Made by a program: the position numbers and the translations under genes. From an uncultured Candidatus Rokubacteria bacterium (GTDB taxonomy: Bacteria; Methylomirabilota; Methylomirabilia; Rokubacteriales; CSP1-6): a stretch of DNA of 64,000 bases. Of the stretch, positions 32,083 through 41,110 are shown in pieces. Each line of letters opens with the position of its first letter. The first letter of the stretch is position 1. A model generated the notes under the pieces. That model ran no database searches, was not told the DNA's origin, and saw only the letters and a list, made by a program, of their open reading frames with translations. The DNA lies in NCBI GenBank assembly GCA_963789955.1, contig CAWBMV010000020.1, positions 86,111-150,110 on the forward strand, in the 5' to 3' direction.

Positions 32083-32872
32083 CGAGATAGCTCCAGAGCG
32101 CGGGCTCCGGTTTGAACGCGAGCTCCCACGTGGGCACCGTCGCGACGAGCGTGGCGAGCGTCTCGAGGAGTCGCGTGGTCACGCGGTCGTCGCGTTTGGG
32201 CAGCATGACCTCCGGGAACGCGCGGGCGACCGCCTCCGAGGCCGGCAGTCGCCGGCGGGCGAAGTGATCGGCCTTGCGAAGAAAGCACAGACCACGAATC
32301 GGGGCGCGCTCGTTCGTGCGAGCCATGGACGGGCCGCCGGATCCATAGAAGGGCGTCGCGCAGGCCTCCCAGCCTCGCGGGCCGGGACGTAGCGCGATCG
32401 TCTCGTCGTTGAGCACGGGCCGGTCGCCCGCGAGGCCGGCGATGGTGGTCTTGCCGCTGCCCGAGGGACCTGAGAAGACCCACGCGCGACCTCCGTCGAC
32501 GACGGAGGACGCGTGGAGCAGGACCCCACCTTTTTGCATGAGGAGGAAGCTGCACAGGAGCCGGAACAGGTCGGGATTCAGCGCCGGTCCGGGGCCAGCA
32601 CGGAAATCCACCCGGCGGCGTCCGAGATCGCCGTGCGCTCGAGAAGGATGGCTTGCGAGCGCGAAGCGACCCCCCTCCCACGTCGCCGACGGGCGCGGCG
32701 TGCGGCCCGGACGATAGCGCTCGGTCGCCCGCACGCGTACTCCGAAGGTCGGCGCCCGTCGTGACAAGAACGGACCGTATCGATCCTCCACCCACGCGCG
32801 CGCGGTGGCGCCGAGACCCGCGACGCCGAACACGACGCCCGCGACCTCGATCCGCGGAGTCCGTTCAGCCAA
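32069..32872 (-). CDS. HPr kinase-like peptide kinase
   Basis: GVLLHASSV, Walker A FSGPSGSGKTT, LNDE, ATPFYG. Confidence 0.82.
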   Translation of the reverse strand: MAERTPRIEVAGVVFGVAGLGATARAWVEDRYGPFLSRRAPTFGVRVRATERYRPGRTPRPSATWEGGRFALASHPSRAHGDLGRRRVDFRAGPGPALNPDLFRLLCSFLLMQKGGVLLHASSVVDGGRAWVFSGPSGSGKTTIAGLAGDRPVLNDETIALRPGPRGWEACATPFYGSGGPSMARTNERAPIRGLCFLRKADHFARRRLPASEAVARAFPEVMLPKRDDRVTTRLLETLATLVATVPTWELAFKPEPALWSYLDGRD

Positions 32873-33626
32873 CGGCCACGCCTTCGGTCAGCGGATTGGA
32901 CGCGTCAAGCCCGCGGCAGCGCAGGACCGCCACGACGCGGGTCGCGAGGTCGAGGGTGCGCTCGACGGCGGGGCGCCGCCGGTCGGCTTGCCAGATCGAA
33001 GGGAGCAATGCGCGCACCGCCTCGGCCGCACTCAGCGGTTCCTGGCCGCCGGGCAACCCGAGCGTCGTCGCGCGCCAGCCGTTCGCAGGCCGCGGGCCGT
33101 CGCCGACGAGAAACGGCGTCACAAGGACGGCGACGTGGTCCGCCGTGGGCCTCACCGCAAACCAACCAGCAGTCGCGGACGAAGGTATCGCCCAAGCCGG
33201 CAGCCCGCAGATAAGAGTCGCTGATTCGGTAGGGCCGAAGCAGGCGGCCTGAACGAGCAAGGTCTCGCACTCGGCGAGCCACAGCGCGGTCAGGGTCCGC
33301 ATGAGGCCGGCGACGTCGAATCCCGCCGCTATCTTGACGGTGACACGACCGCCCGGCACGTCGACGACCGCCCGGTAGTAGCCCGTCGACACGCGAAGAT
33401 TCCGACCGCGACGGCTCACGGTGGCCGCGTCGGCGACCGTGTCGCCGACCGATCGCCAGCCGTGGCGCCCGTCGCGCTCCTCGTAGTCGATTCGCACGGT
33501 CACGTCGGGCCGACGGCACGTGATGAATGCGGGATGGTTTCGAGCCCAGAACCCGGGCTTCGGGAAGGGACAGGACAGCTGAAAAACGATACCCGCGACG
33601 TCGACCTTGTCGGTGTGGCGCCTCAC
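32865..33626 (-). CDS. degenerate HPr kinase-like paralog (no Walker A)
   Basis: Shares VAG(I/V)VF, F...R.P...VR, TPF and ..EAV with 32069-32872, but has LLVQAAC for LLHASS and LICGLPA for FSGPSGSGKT. Confidence 0.6.
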   Translation of the reverse strand: MRRHTDKVDVAGIVFQLSCPFPKPGFWARNHPAFITCRRPDVTVRIDYEERDGRHGWRSVGDTVADAATVSRRGRNLRVSTGYYRAVVDVPGGRVTVKIAAGFDVAGLMRTLTALWLAECETLLVQAACFGPTESATLICGLPAWAIPSSATAGWFAVRPTADHVAVLVTPFLVGDGPRPANGWRATTLGLPGGQEPLSAAEAVRALLPSIWQADRRRPAVERTLDLATRVVAVLRCRGLDASNPLTEGVAVG

Positions 33627-34068
33627 GCCCGCGGCCGCGCGCGGCAGCGCGTACCAGCCACGCCGCCGCTCCGAAGGAGCGCGCGGCCGTGAAGATCGCC
33701 AGCGCCCGTTGGCGGAGCGTCGACAGGTCGACGGTGACGCCGCGACGCTCGAACGCCGTCACGATGCCGAGGATCTGCGGCGCGGTCACCACCTCCGGCC
33801 CGACACCGCGATTGTCCGCGCGGGTCAGCAGCGCGGCGCCGCGCCGGCCGATCACGCGGTGACACACGAGGGTGCCCTCGCTCTCGTACGCGAGCAGATC
33901 GCCGAATCGCGCAGGCGCCGGAGGCGTGACGAAGATCCACGCGCCCGCACCGAGCAGGGGTCGCATGCTCCGGCCGCGTATCGGCAACCAGACCGACTCG
34001 CCGGCCCCGAGGCGTTCGCGGAGGATCTCGGTCACGACCGGTCGCCAGACGGCGGCGGGGCTCGACAT
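33623..34068 (-). CDS. S24/S26 family (signal peptidase I-like) Ser-His peptidase; apparent 1-nt indel near 3' end
   Basis: IRGRSMRPLL (catalytic Ser), GDLL, CHRVI, TRADN, ILGIV; natural stop probably the TGA at 33623 overlapping the next start. Confidence 0.78.
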
Positions 34069-34119
34069 ATCGCCTCATCCTACCCCGAATCATCGCCGCC
34101 CTCTGCTACCATCGCGCGC

Positions 34120-35736
34120 GTGACCGCCGCGACCCGCTGGCCCGAAGCCCACGCGTCGCGCGGGCTCGTCGCGACCCCGCACGCGCTCGCTTCCGAGGCC
34201 GGGCTGGCGATCCTCGCGCGCGGCGGCAACGCCGTGGACGCCGCGATCGCAGCCGGCGCAGCGATCGCCGTCGTCTATCCGCACATGAACGGGGTCGGCG
34301 GGGACAGCTTCTGGCTGATCTACGACGGGCGCCATCGCCGGCTGCGCGCGCTGAACGCGGCGGGCCGATCGGCGGCGGCGGCCGATCTCGAGCAATATCG
34401 CGCGCGCTTCGGCGTAGCGATTCCGGTGCGCGGCGGGGTCGCGGCGCTGACGGTGCCCGGCGTCGTCTCGGGCTGGTGGGCGGCCCACGCGCTGAGCCGC
34501 GACTCGCTGGGCTCCCCCATCACCTGGAGCACGCTGCTCGAGGCGGCGATCCATCACGCGCGCGACGGCTTCCCGCCGTCACAAAGCCAAGGTCGCGAGA
34601 CCGCCGACGCCACGGATCTCTTCGGTGACGCGACGCCGGCCGACCTCCGCGAGTCACTCTGGCCCGTCTTTCATCCCGAGCTCTTGAAGCGCGAGCGGTT
34701 CGTCCAGGCGGATCTGGCGTCGACCCTGGAAGAGATCGCCCGGAGCGGGGGTGACGCGTTCTATCGCGGCGCGCTCGCTCGCCGCCTCGCTCGAGCCGCT
34801 GGTGCCGCCGGCAGCCTCCTGACCGCCGACGATCTGGCGCGCCACCGGCCCGAGTGGGTCGAGCCGCTGCGCATTCCCTACCGCGGCGGCGAGGCCACGA
34901 GCTTTCCGCCGCCGACCCAGGGTTTCGCCGCGCTCGCGATCCTGTCGCTGCTCGAGGGGTTCGAGATCAAGTCCCTGGCCGAGGCCGACTACGTGCACCT
35001 CGTCGTCGAAGCGACGAAGCTCGCGTTCGAGGACCGCGATCGCTATCTCGCCGATCCGACGGTCGCGTCCGTTCCGGTCGCCCAGTGCCTCGATCCGGCG
35101 CGCCTCGCCGAGCGCCGCCGGCGAATCTCGCGACGGGCCGCGATGCCGGCCGCCGGACCGGCCGCGAAGGGCGACACGATCGCCATCGTCACCGCGGACG
35201 CGCAGGGGAACGCGGTGTCACTGATCCAGAGCCTCTACTGGGAATTCGGCTCGGGCGTGGTCGCGGGCGACACCGGCGTCCTTCTTCAGAACCGGGGCGC
35301 GTTCTTCTCGCTCGACCCGGGGCACGTGAATTGCCTGGCGCCGCACAAGCAGACGGCGCACACCTTGATCCCGTCCATGTACCTCGTCGACGGACGTCCG
35401 CGTCTCGTCTACGGCACGATGGGCGGAGAGGGCCAGCCGCAGACGCAGGCGGCCCTCGTCACGCGCATCGTCGATCGCGGACTCGGTCCACAAGCGGCGG
35501 TCGAGGCGCCGCGCTGGCTCTTCGGGCGAACCTGGGGCGAGGAGACCCGCTCGCTGAGGCTCGAGGATCGATTTGGCGACGACGTCCGGGACGCGCTTCG
35601 CGAGCGGGGGCACGAGGTGGAGATCGTCGAAGGTTGGAGCGATCTGATGGGCCACGCGCAGGTCATTCGTCTCGACGCGACCGGACTCACCGGCGCTTCG
35701 GATCCACGCGCCGACGGGGCGGCTCTCGGCTTCTAG
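34120..35736 (+). CDS. ggt: gamma-glutamyltransferase family protein
   Basis: GGNAVDAAIA, GVGGDSF, TVPG, GDT (autoprocessing Thr), SLIQS, LQNRG, GTMGGEGQPQ, SDPRADG. Confidence 0.92.
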   Translation: MTAATRWPEAHASRGLVATPHALASEAGLAILARGGNAVDAAIAAGAAIAVVYPHMNGVGGDSFWLIYDGRHRRLRALNAAGRSAAAADLEQYRARFGVAIPVRGGVAALTVPGVVSGWWAAHALSRDSLGSPITWSTLLEAAIHHARDGFPPSQSQGRETADATDLFGDATPADLRESLWPVFHPELLKRERFVQADLASTLEEIARSGGDAFYRGALARRLARAAGAAGSLLTADDLARHRPEWVEPLRIPYRGGEATSFPPPTQGFAALAILSLLEGFEIKSLAEADYVHLVVEATKLAFEDRDRYLADPTVASVPVAQCLDPARLAERRRRISRRAAMPAAGPAAKGDTIAIVTADAQGNAVSLIQSLYWEFGSGVVAGDTGVLLQNRGAFFSLDPGHVNCLAPHKQTAHTLIPSMYLVDGRPRLVYGTMGGEGQPQTQAALVTRIVDRGLGPQAAVEAPRWLFGRTWGEETRSLRLEDRFGDDVRDALRERGHEVEIVEGWSDLMGHAQVIRLDATGLTGASDPRADGAALGF

Positions 35737-36948
35737 CTCAGCGGCAGCTCCCGCTCGAAGACCGTGAACGGGAGAGCGGCGCGCGGCGTCGAGGGCCTGG
35801 CGGATTTGCGCCTCGCCGCGGCCGGCGCCCTGCTGGAGCAAGGTCTCGAAGAAGGCCACGTAGAACGCGTCCGGCTCGACGACGACGGCCACCCGCGCCC
35901 GCAGTCCGGTCGCGTCGATCGTCGTCCGATAGGTGAGCGTCGTGCTCTTGCCGGGCATGAGGCGGGTGTCGAAGAGCTCGCGCGAGAGGTCGAGGGCCAC
36001 CTCCGCGACCGATGATCTGCTCCCGCCGGCTGCCGGCGACGACCTGGCCGGTATCGTCGACCAGCTCGAGCGCTCAGGACCACGCGCGGCGTGACGTACG
36101 TCGGCAACGCGTGGCCGATGCGCGTGCTGCTCACCCGGAGCGTGACGAGCGCGAGCTCGCCGGGGCGATAGCGCGGGGCCCCCGCCTTGGCCTCGATCGT
36201 GAGCCCGGACCGCACCATGCTCGAGATCGTGGATCCCGCGCCAGCGGTGGCGCCGGTCGGGCATGTGGCAGTCCTGGCACTGCACGCCCTGGCGCGCGAA
36301 GCGGCTCGCCTTCCACTCGTCGTAGGTCGCCTGGAGCAGCTTGCCGTTGAGCGCGAACCCGTCGGGCGTGAACTGGTGGCAGCCCCGGCAGAACTCGGCC
36401 TTGAGGAACGCCGGCGTTCGCGTCACGCCGTTGTGGGGCAAGGTCTCATGCGGGGCGCCGCTCGCCAGCGAGCCGTCTCGCCGGGGCGGGCCGAAGCGTT
36501 CGTGGCCCCGGACGTGACAGCCCGCGCACGGCACGCCCCGGCCCGCGAGCGAGGCGTCGTAGTCCGGGTTCTCGCGAAGCTCGCGGCCCACGGCCGCGAA
36601 GGGTCCCTGCTCGGCGAGCGGGGCGTGACAGACGAGACACGCGTGCGCCGACGACGGATCGCTCTCCCGCATCTCGACGAGCTGGCCGGCGACACCGGGT
36701 CCGCTCGCGGCGGCGTGCAGGCTCTCGCGCCAGTCGGCGAGCTGCGCGGGATGGCAGGTCCCGCACGACTCCGGCTGGAGCGAGGCTTCCAGCGGCGAGA
36801 ATCGCGCCGGCGGCGCGCCTTGCGGCGCCAGCGGCTGGCGCCAGTGCCGTCGGATGAAATCCTGGATCGCGTCGGCGCCGGCGGCCGCCGCGGCCCCGAG
36901 CAGCACGGTCGCGGCCGCCGCGCACGCGAGACGGAAGCGAAGTCGCAT
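35733..36948 (-). CDS. exported pentaheme c-type cytochrome (several frameshifts in the 3' third)
   Basis: Signal peptide; five CxxCH motifs CGTCH, CLVCH, CAGCH, CRGCH, CQDCH; GHALPT C-terminal segment. Confidence 0.85.
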
Positions 36949-37027
36949 CGACGGGATGCATGATAGCGTGCGCCGACTGCTGTACAGTAGGATCCGCAGT
37001 CATCCTGACCGCTTCCGGAGAACGCTG

Positions 37028-39585
37028 GTGGATCCGTATCGCCTGCCGCGACACGTGCGACCGACCCGGTACGATCTGCGCCTCGAGCCCGATCTGGCGA
37101 CCCTGACGTTCACGGGCGACGAGACGATCACGCTCGAGATCCAGGAGCCGACCGCGGAGGTGGTGCTCAATGCCGTGGACCTCGCGTTCGGCGAGGCGAC
37201 GCTCGCGAACGCGCGCGGCGAATCGCTGCGCGGAACGCCGGTCGTCGACGAGGCCGCCGAGCGCTGCCGCATCGCGTTTCCGTCGCAGATCGCGCCGGGT
37301 ACCTGGCGGCTGCGCCTCGCCTTCACCGGCACCTTGAACGACAAGCTGCGCGGCTTCTACCGGTCGAGCTACAAGGATCCGACCGGCGAGGCGCGGCTGA
37401 TGGCCGCCACCCAGTTCGAGGCGACCGATGCGCGCCGGGCGTTTCCGTGCTGGGACGAACCGGCCTTCAAGGCCGTGTTCGCGGTGACGCTCGTGATCGA
37501 TCCGACGCTGACCGCGGTGTCGAACACGTCGATCGTCGGCGAGCGCGTCGAGCGCGGCCGGAAGGTCGTGACCTTCGCCGACACGATGAAAATGTCGACC
37601 TATCTGGTGGCGTTCGTCGTCGGCGAGCTCGAGGCCACCGACGCGATGATGGTCGGCCGGGCCCCGGTCCGCGTCTGGTGCGTCCCGGGCAAGCGTCATC
37701 TGGCCGCGTTCGGCCACGAGATCGGCGTCGCCTCGCTGCGATTCTTCGAGGAGTACTACGGGCTGCCGTATCCGAGCGACAAGCTCGACCTGCTCGCGAT
37801 TCCGGACTTCGCGGCTGGGGCCATGGAGAACCTGGGCGCGATCACCTTCCGGGAGACCGCGCTCCTGGTCGACGCCCGCGCTGCGTCCCACTCCGAGCTG
37901 GAGCGGGTCGCCGACGTGGTCGCGCACGAGAACGCGCACATGTGGTTCGGCGATCTGGTGACGATGACGTGGTGGAACGGCATCTGGCTCAACGAGGCGT
38001 TCGCCACGTTCATGGAGATCCTCGCGGTCGACGCCTGGAAGCCCGAGTGGCAGCGCTGGACGACGTTCGGCGTCTCGCGCGCCGCCGCCCTCTCGGTCGA
38101 CGGGCTGCACTCGACGCGCCCGATCGAGTTTCGCGTCGAGGCCCCGCGCGACGCCGACGCGATGTTCGACGTGCTCACCTACGAGAAGGGCGCGTCGGTG
38201 CTGCGCATGCTCGAGCAGTATCTCGGCGCGACGGTGTTCCGTGACGGCGTGCGCGAGTACCTCCGGCGCCACGCCTACGCCAACGCCGAGACCGGCGATC
38301 TCTGGGCCGCGCTCGGGCGGGCCGCGAACCAGCCGATCCCCGAGGTGATGGACGCCTGGATCTTCCAGCCCGGCTATCCGCTCGTGAGCGCCCGGCTCGA
38401 CGGCAACCAGCTCGTGCTGAGCCAGCAGCGCTTCACCTATTTGCCGGAGCCCCTGCCCGGCTCGACGCCTTCGCCGCGCGAATCAGCAGTGGCAGGTGCC
38501 GGTGCAGGTCCGCTTCAACGCCGCGGGGCGCGTATCGACGGAGCGGCGGCTCCTCGCGGGCGGCGAAGCCCGCGTGCCGGCTCCCGAACGCCTCGAATCC
38601 GTCCTCGTCAACGACGGCGGCCACGGCTTCTACCGCGTCCGCTACAGCGGCGAGCTGCTCGAGCGCCTCCTCGGCGGGCTCGAGCGGCTCGGCGGCATCG
38701 AGCGCTTCAACCTCGTCAACGACGCGTGGGCGGTGACGGTGGCCGGCCACATGGCCGTGACCGACTATCTCGAATTGACCGACGCGCTTCCGCGGCGAGC
38801 GCGATCGCAACGTGTGGTCGGTGCTGATCGCCTCGTTCTCGATGTTGAACCGTATCGCGGAGCCGGCGCAGCGGCCGCGACTCGCCGCACTCGTCCGCGA
38901 CCGCGTCGCGCCGGCCTTCACCGAGCTCGGCTGGACACCGCGAGCCGGAGAAGACGAGCTCACGCGCCAGCTCCGCGGCGACCTGGTGCGCGTGATGGGC
39001 GCGCTCGGCGACGATCGGGCCGTGCAGGCGCGGGCCACCGAGCTCTACGCGAAGGCGGCGGCCGAGCTCGATCCCAACGTCCTGCCCGCCATCATCGGCG
39101 TGCTCGCGCACGCGGGCGACGGGGCGCGTTACGACGAATTTCTGAAGAAGTTCCAGTCCGCGGCGACGCCTCAGGAGGAGCAGCGCTTCCTCTACGCGCT
39201 GGCCGCCTTCCGCCAGCGCGAGCTGCTGACCCAGACGCTCGCCCGCGCGATCAACGGCGAGTTCCGGACCCAGGACGCACCGTTCGTCGTGCGCTCGCTG
39301 CTCACGTCCGTGTACGGGCGCGAGCTCGCCTGGGAGTTCGTGAAGACCAACTGGGACACGATGGAGCGGCAGTACCCGAAGGCGGGACTCCGGCGACTGG
39401 CCGAGGGCGTCGTCGGGCTCGCGACGCCGGAGCTCGAGCGGGACGTCCACGCCTTCTTCCAGGCCCGCCGGCCCGAGTTCGGCGGCAAGACCCTGGAGCA
39501 ATACCTGGAGCAGCTTCGCATCGCGGTCCGCCTGCGCGAGCGCGAGTCGACGGCGCTCACCACCTATCTGGCGCGATTCGCCTGA
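37028..39585 (+). CDS. pepN: M1 family aminopeptidase with ERAP1-like C-terminal domain (frameshifts near 38480 and 38790)
   Basis: TQFEATDARRAFPCWDEP, GAMEN, HENAH..WFG..NEAFA (HEXXH-18-E), YEKG. Confidence 0.9.
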
Positions 39586-39627
39586 GGGACATCGACGGAT
39601 CTATCACGACGCCCGCTGGAGCGGGCG

Positions 39628-39972
39628 TTAATCCGCCGCGTCCGGCGCGTAGCGGAGAACTCGTACCTTCTCCATCGTGACCAGACCGCCCTTCATGAGG
39701 CGGTCGATCTCCGGCAGCACTGCCGCCAGATGCTCCTCGCTGTCCACGACCTCGATCACGAGCGGGAGATCCTCCGAGAGCCTCAGGATGTTCGCGGTGT
39801 GGATTACCGAATTGGCGCCGAAGCCGGCGACGCCTTTGAGAACGGTCGCGCCGGCCAGCCCCCGAGCTCGCAGCAGCTCGAGCAGCGCGGTGTGCAGCGG
39901 TCGGTGACCGGCTCGATCGGACTCTCCGACGAACAGGCGCATCAGAACTTGCTCCCCGTCGATCTTCCGCAT
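39628..39972 (-). CDS. DUF190 (PII-like) protein
   Basis: LFVGESD, GLAGATVLKGVAGFG, LSEDLPLVIEVVD; typical partner downstream of crcB. Confidence 0.88.
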   Translation of the reverse strand: MRKIDGEQVLMRLFVGESDRAGHRPLHTALLELLRARGLAGATVLKGVAGFGANSVIHTANILRLSEDLPLVIEVVDSEEHLAAVLPEIDRLMKGGLVTMEKVRVLRYAPDAAD

Positions 39973-39974
39973 GA

Positions 39975-40364
39975 CTACACCTGCACTCCGACGATCTGCC
40001 TGCCCACCGCGATACCGAGAAAGCACACGCCCAGGCAGACTGCGGTCGTCACCAGGACATTGACCCACGCCTCACCCCACGCGCCCATCTGCGCCAGTCG
40101 AACCGTCTCGTAGCTGAACGACGAGTACGTCGTGAGACCGCCCATGATGCCCACGGTCAGGAACAGCCGCGTCGTGTCCGGTATGAGCAGGCTCGCGTGC
40201 CGATCTGCTGGATCAGACCGATGAGGAAGGAGCCGACGATGTTGACGATCAGGGTGCCGTACGGGAAATCGGCGCCGAGCCACCGCGCCGCCAGGCCCGA
40301 CGGTCAGATAACGCAGGCCCGCCCCGATCGCGCCACCGAGGCAGATCACTAGGAAGCGTTCCAC
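39975..40364 (-). CDS. crcB: fluoride efflux channel Fluc/CrcB (two compensating frameshifts)
   Basis: GGAIGAGLRY, FPYGTL..NIVG (alternate frame), GIMGGLTTYSSFSYET. Confidence 0.88.
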   Translation of the reverse strand: MERFLVICLGGAIGAGLRYLTVGPGGAVARRRFPVRHPDRQHRRLLPHRSDPADRHASLLIPDTTRLFLTVGIMGGLTTYSSFSYETVRLAQMGAWGEAWVNVLVTTAVCLGVCFLGIAVGRQIVGVQV

Positions 40365-40390
40365 CGATCGCGTCCCCCGGTCATACGCCG

Positions 40391-41064
40391 TTAGTCGATC
40401 TCGATCGGCTCGTCGACGATACACGGTGTACGTGCGCGGCCGGCCGCGCTCGCCGTCGTCGGGTCGACGTACATGATGGACGTTCGGCCGCGGATCTCGC
40501 GCGGGAGGATCGCGACGCGAACGAAGCTGGTGGCCTCGTCCTTCGACGCGCGCGCCAGCACGGGCTCGCGTCCGCTCTCGAACCACGCGCCGCCCGGTGT
40601 CACCGTCCTGCGCGGGTGTCTCGCCCACGGTGACCTCGAGGGTCGCCGGCGATCAGACAGCGAATGCCTCCGCCGCGGTGCCGGTGCGGGAGCGCGACGC
40701 CGCCGGGCGCGAAATCGACGCGGTCGGCGCGCATCAGGTATTCGGCGCGCGGGTCGAGCTCGATCGCGTGCTCGAGGAGCACGTTCGTCTTGCCGCCCGC
40801 GACCGTTTCGGGGGCCGCGGCGCCGCGCTTCAGCTCGTAGCGCAGCACGCTGCCGCCCGCCTCACCCGCAACGACCTGGCAGGCGTGCGCGCCGTGCCAC
40901 GCCTCACCCTCGGACAGGCGCGTCTCGCGCGCCGGGCTCGTGACCGTCACGCTCCCACGCCGGACGAAGAGGACGCGGTTCAACGCGCCGAACGCGCCGC
41001 GACCGGCTCTCGGCAACGTGTCTTCGCACACACTCAGCGTGAAATCACGATCTCCGGGAGGCAC
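40391..41064 (-). CDS. cupin-like hypothetical protein (frameshifted)
   Basis: NRVLFVRRGSV, RADRVDFAPGGVALPHRHRGGGIRCLIAG, AWFESG; GTG 41064 preferred as start (7 nt after TACAAT). Confidence 0.6.
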
Positions 41065-41110
41065 GGGCGTCATTGTACGCTGCGCGGGCTCCGTGATACG
41101 TTGCGGGGGC

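Noticed and set aside
32905..33622. 387-aa extended version of the S26 peptidase overlapping the next gene
   Set aside because: The extension is low-complexity read-through across a gene in another frame; a single indel before the TGA at 33623 explains it.
28133..34068. Calling the cluster a lasso peptide or PQQ biosynthesis locus
   Set aside because: No asparagine-synthetase-like cyclase or B2 protease for a lasso peptide; no PqqB/PqqC and no ExxxY core for PQQ.
34120..39585. GGT and M1 aminopeptidase as part of the RiPP pathway
   Set aside because: Both are widespread housekeeping-type enzymes in separate transcription units; proximity is the only link. Co-occurrence analysis could revive this.
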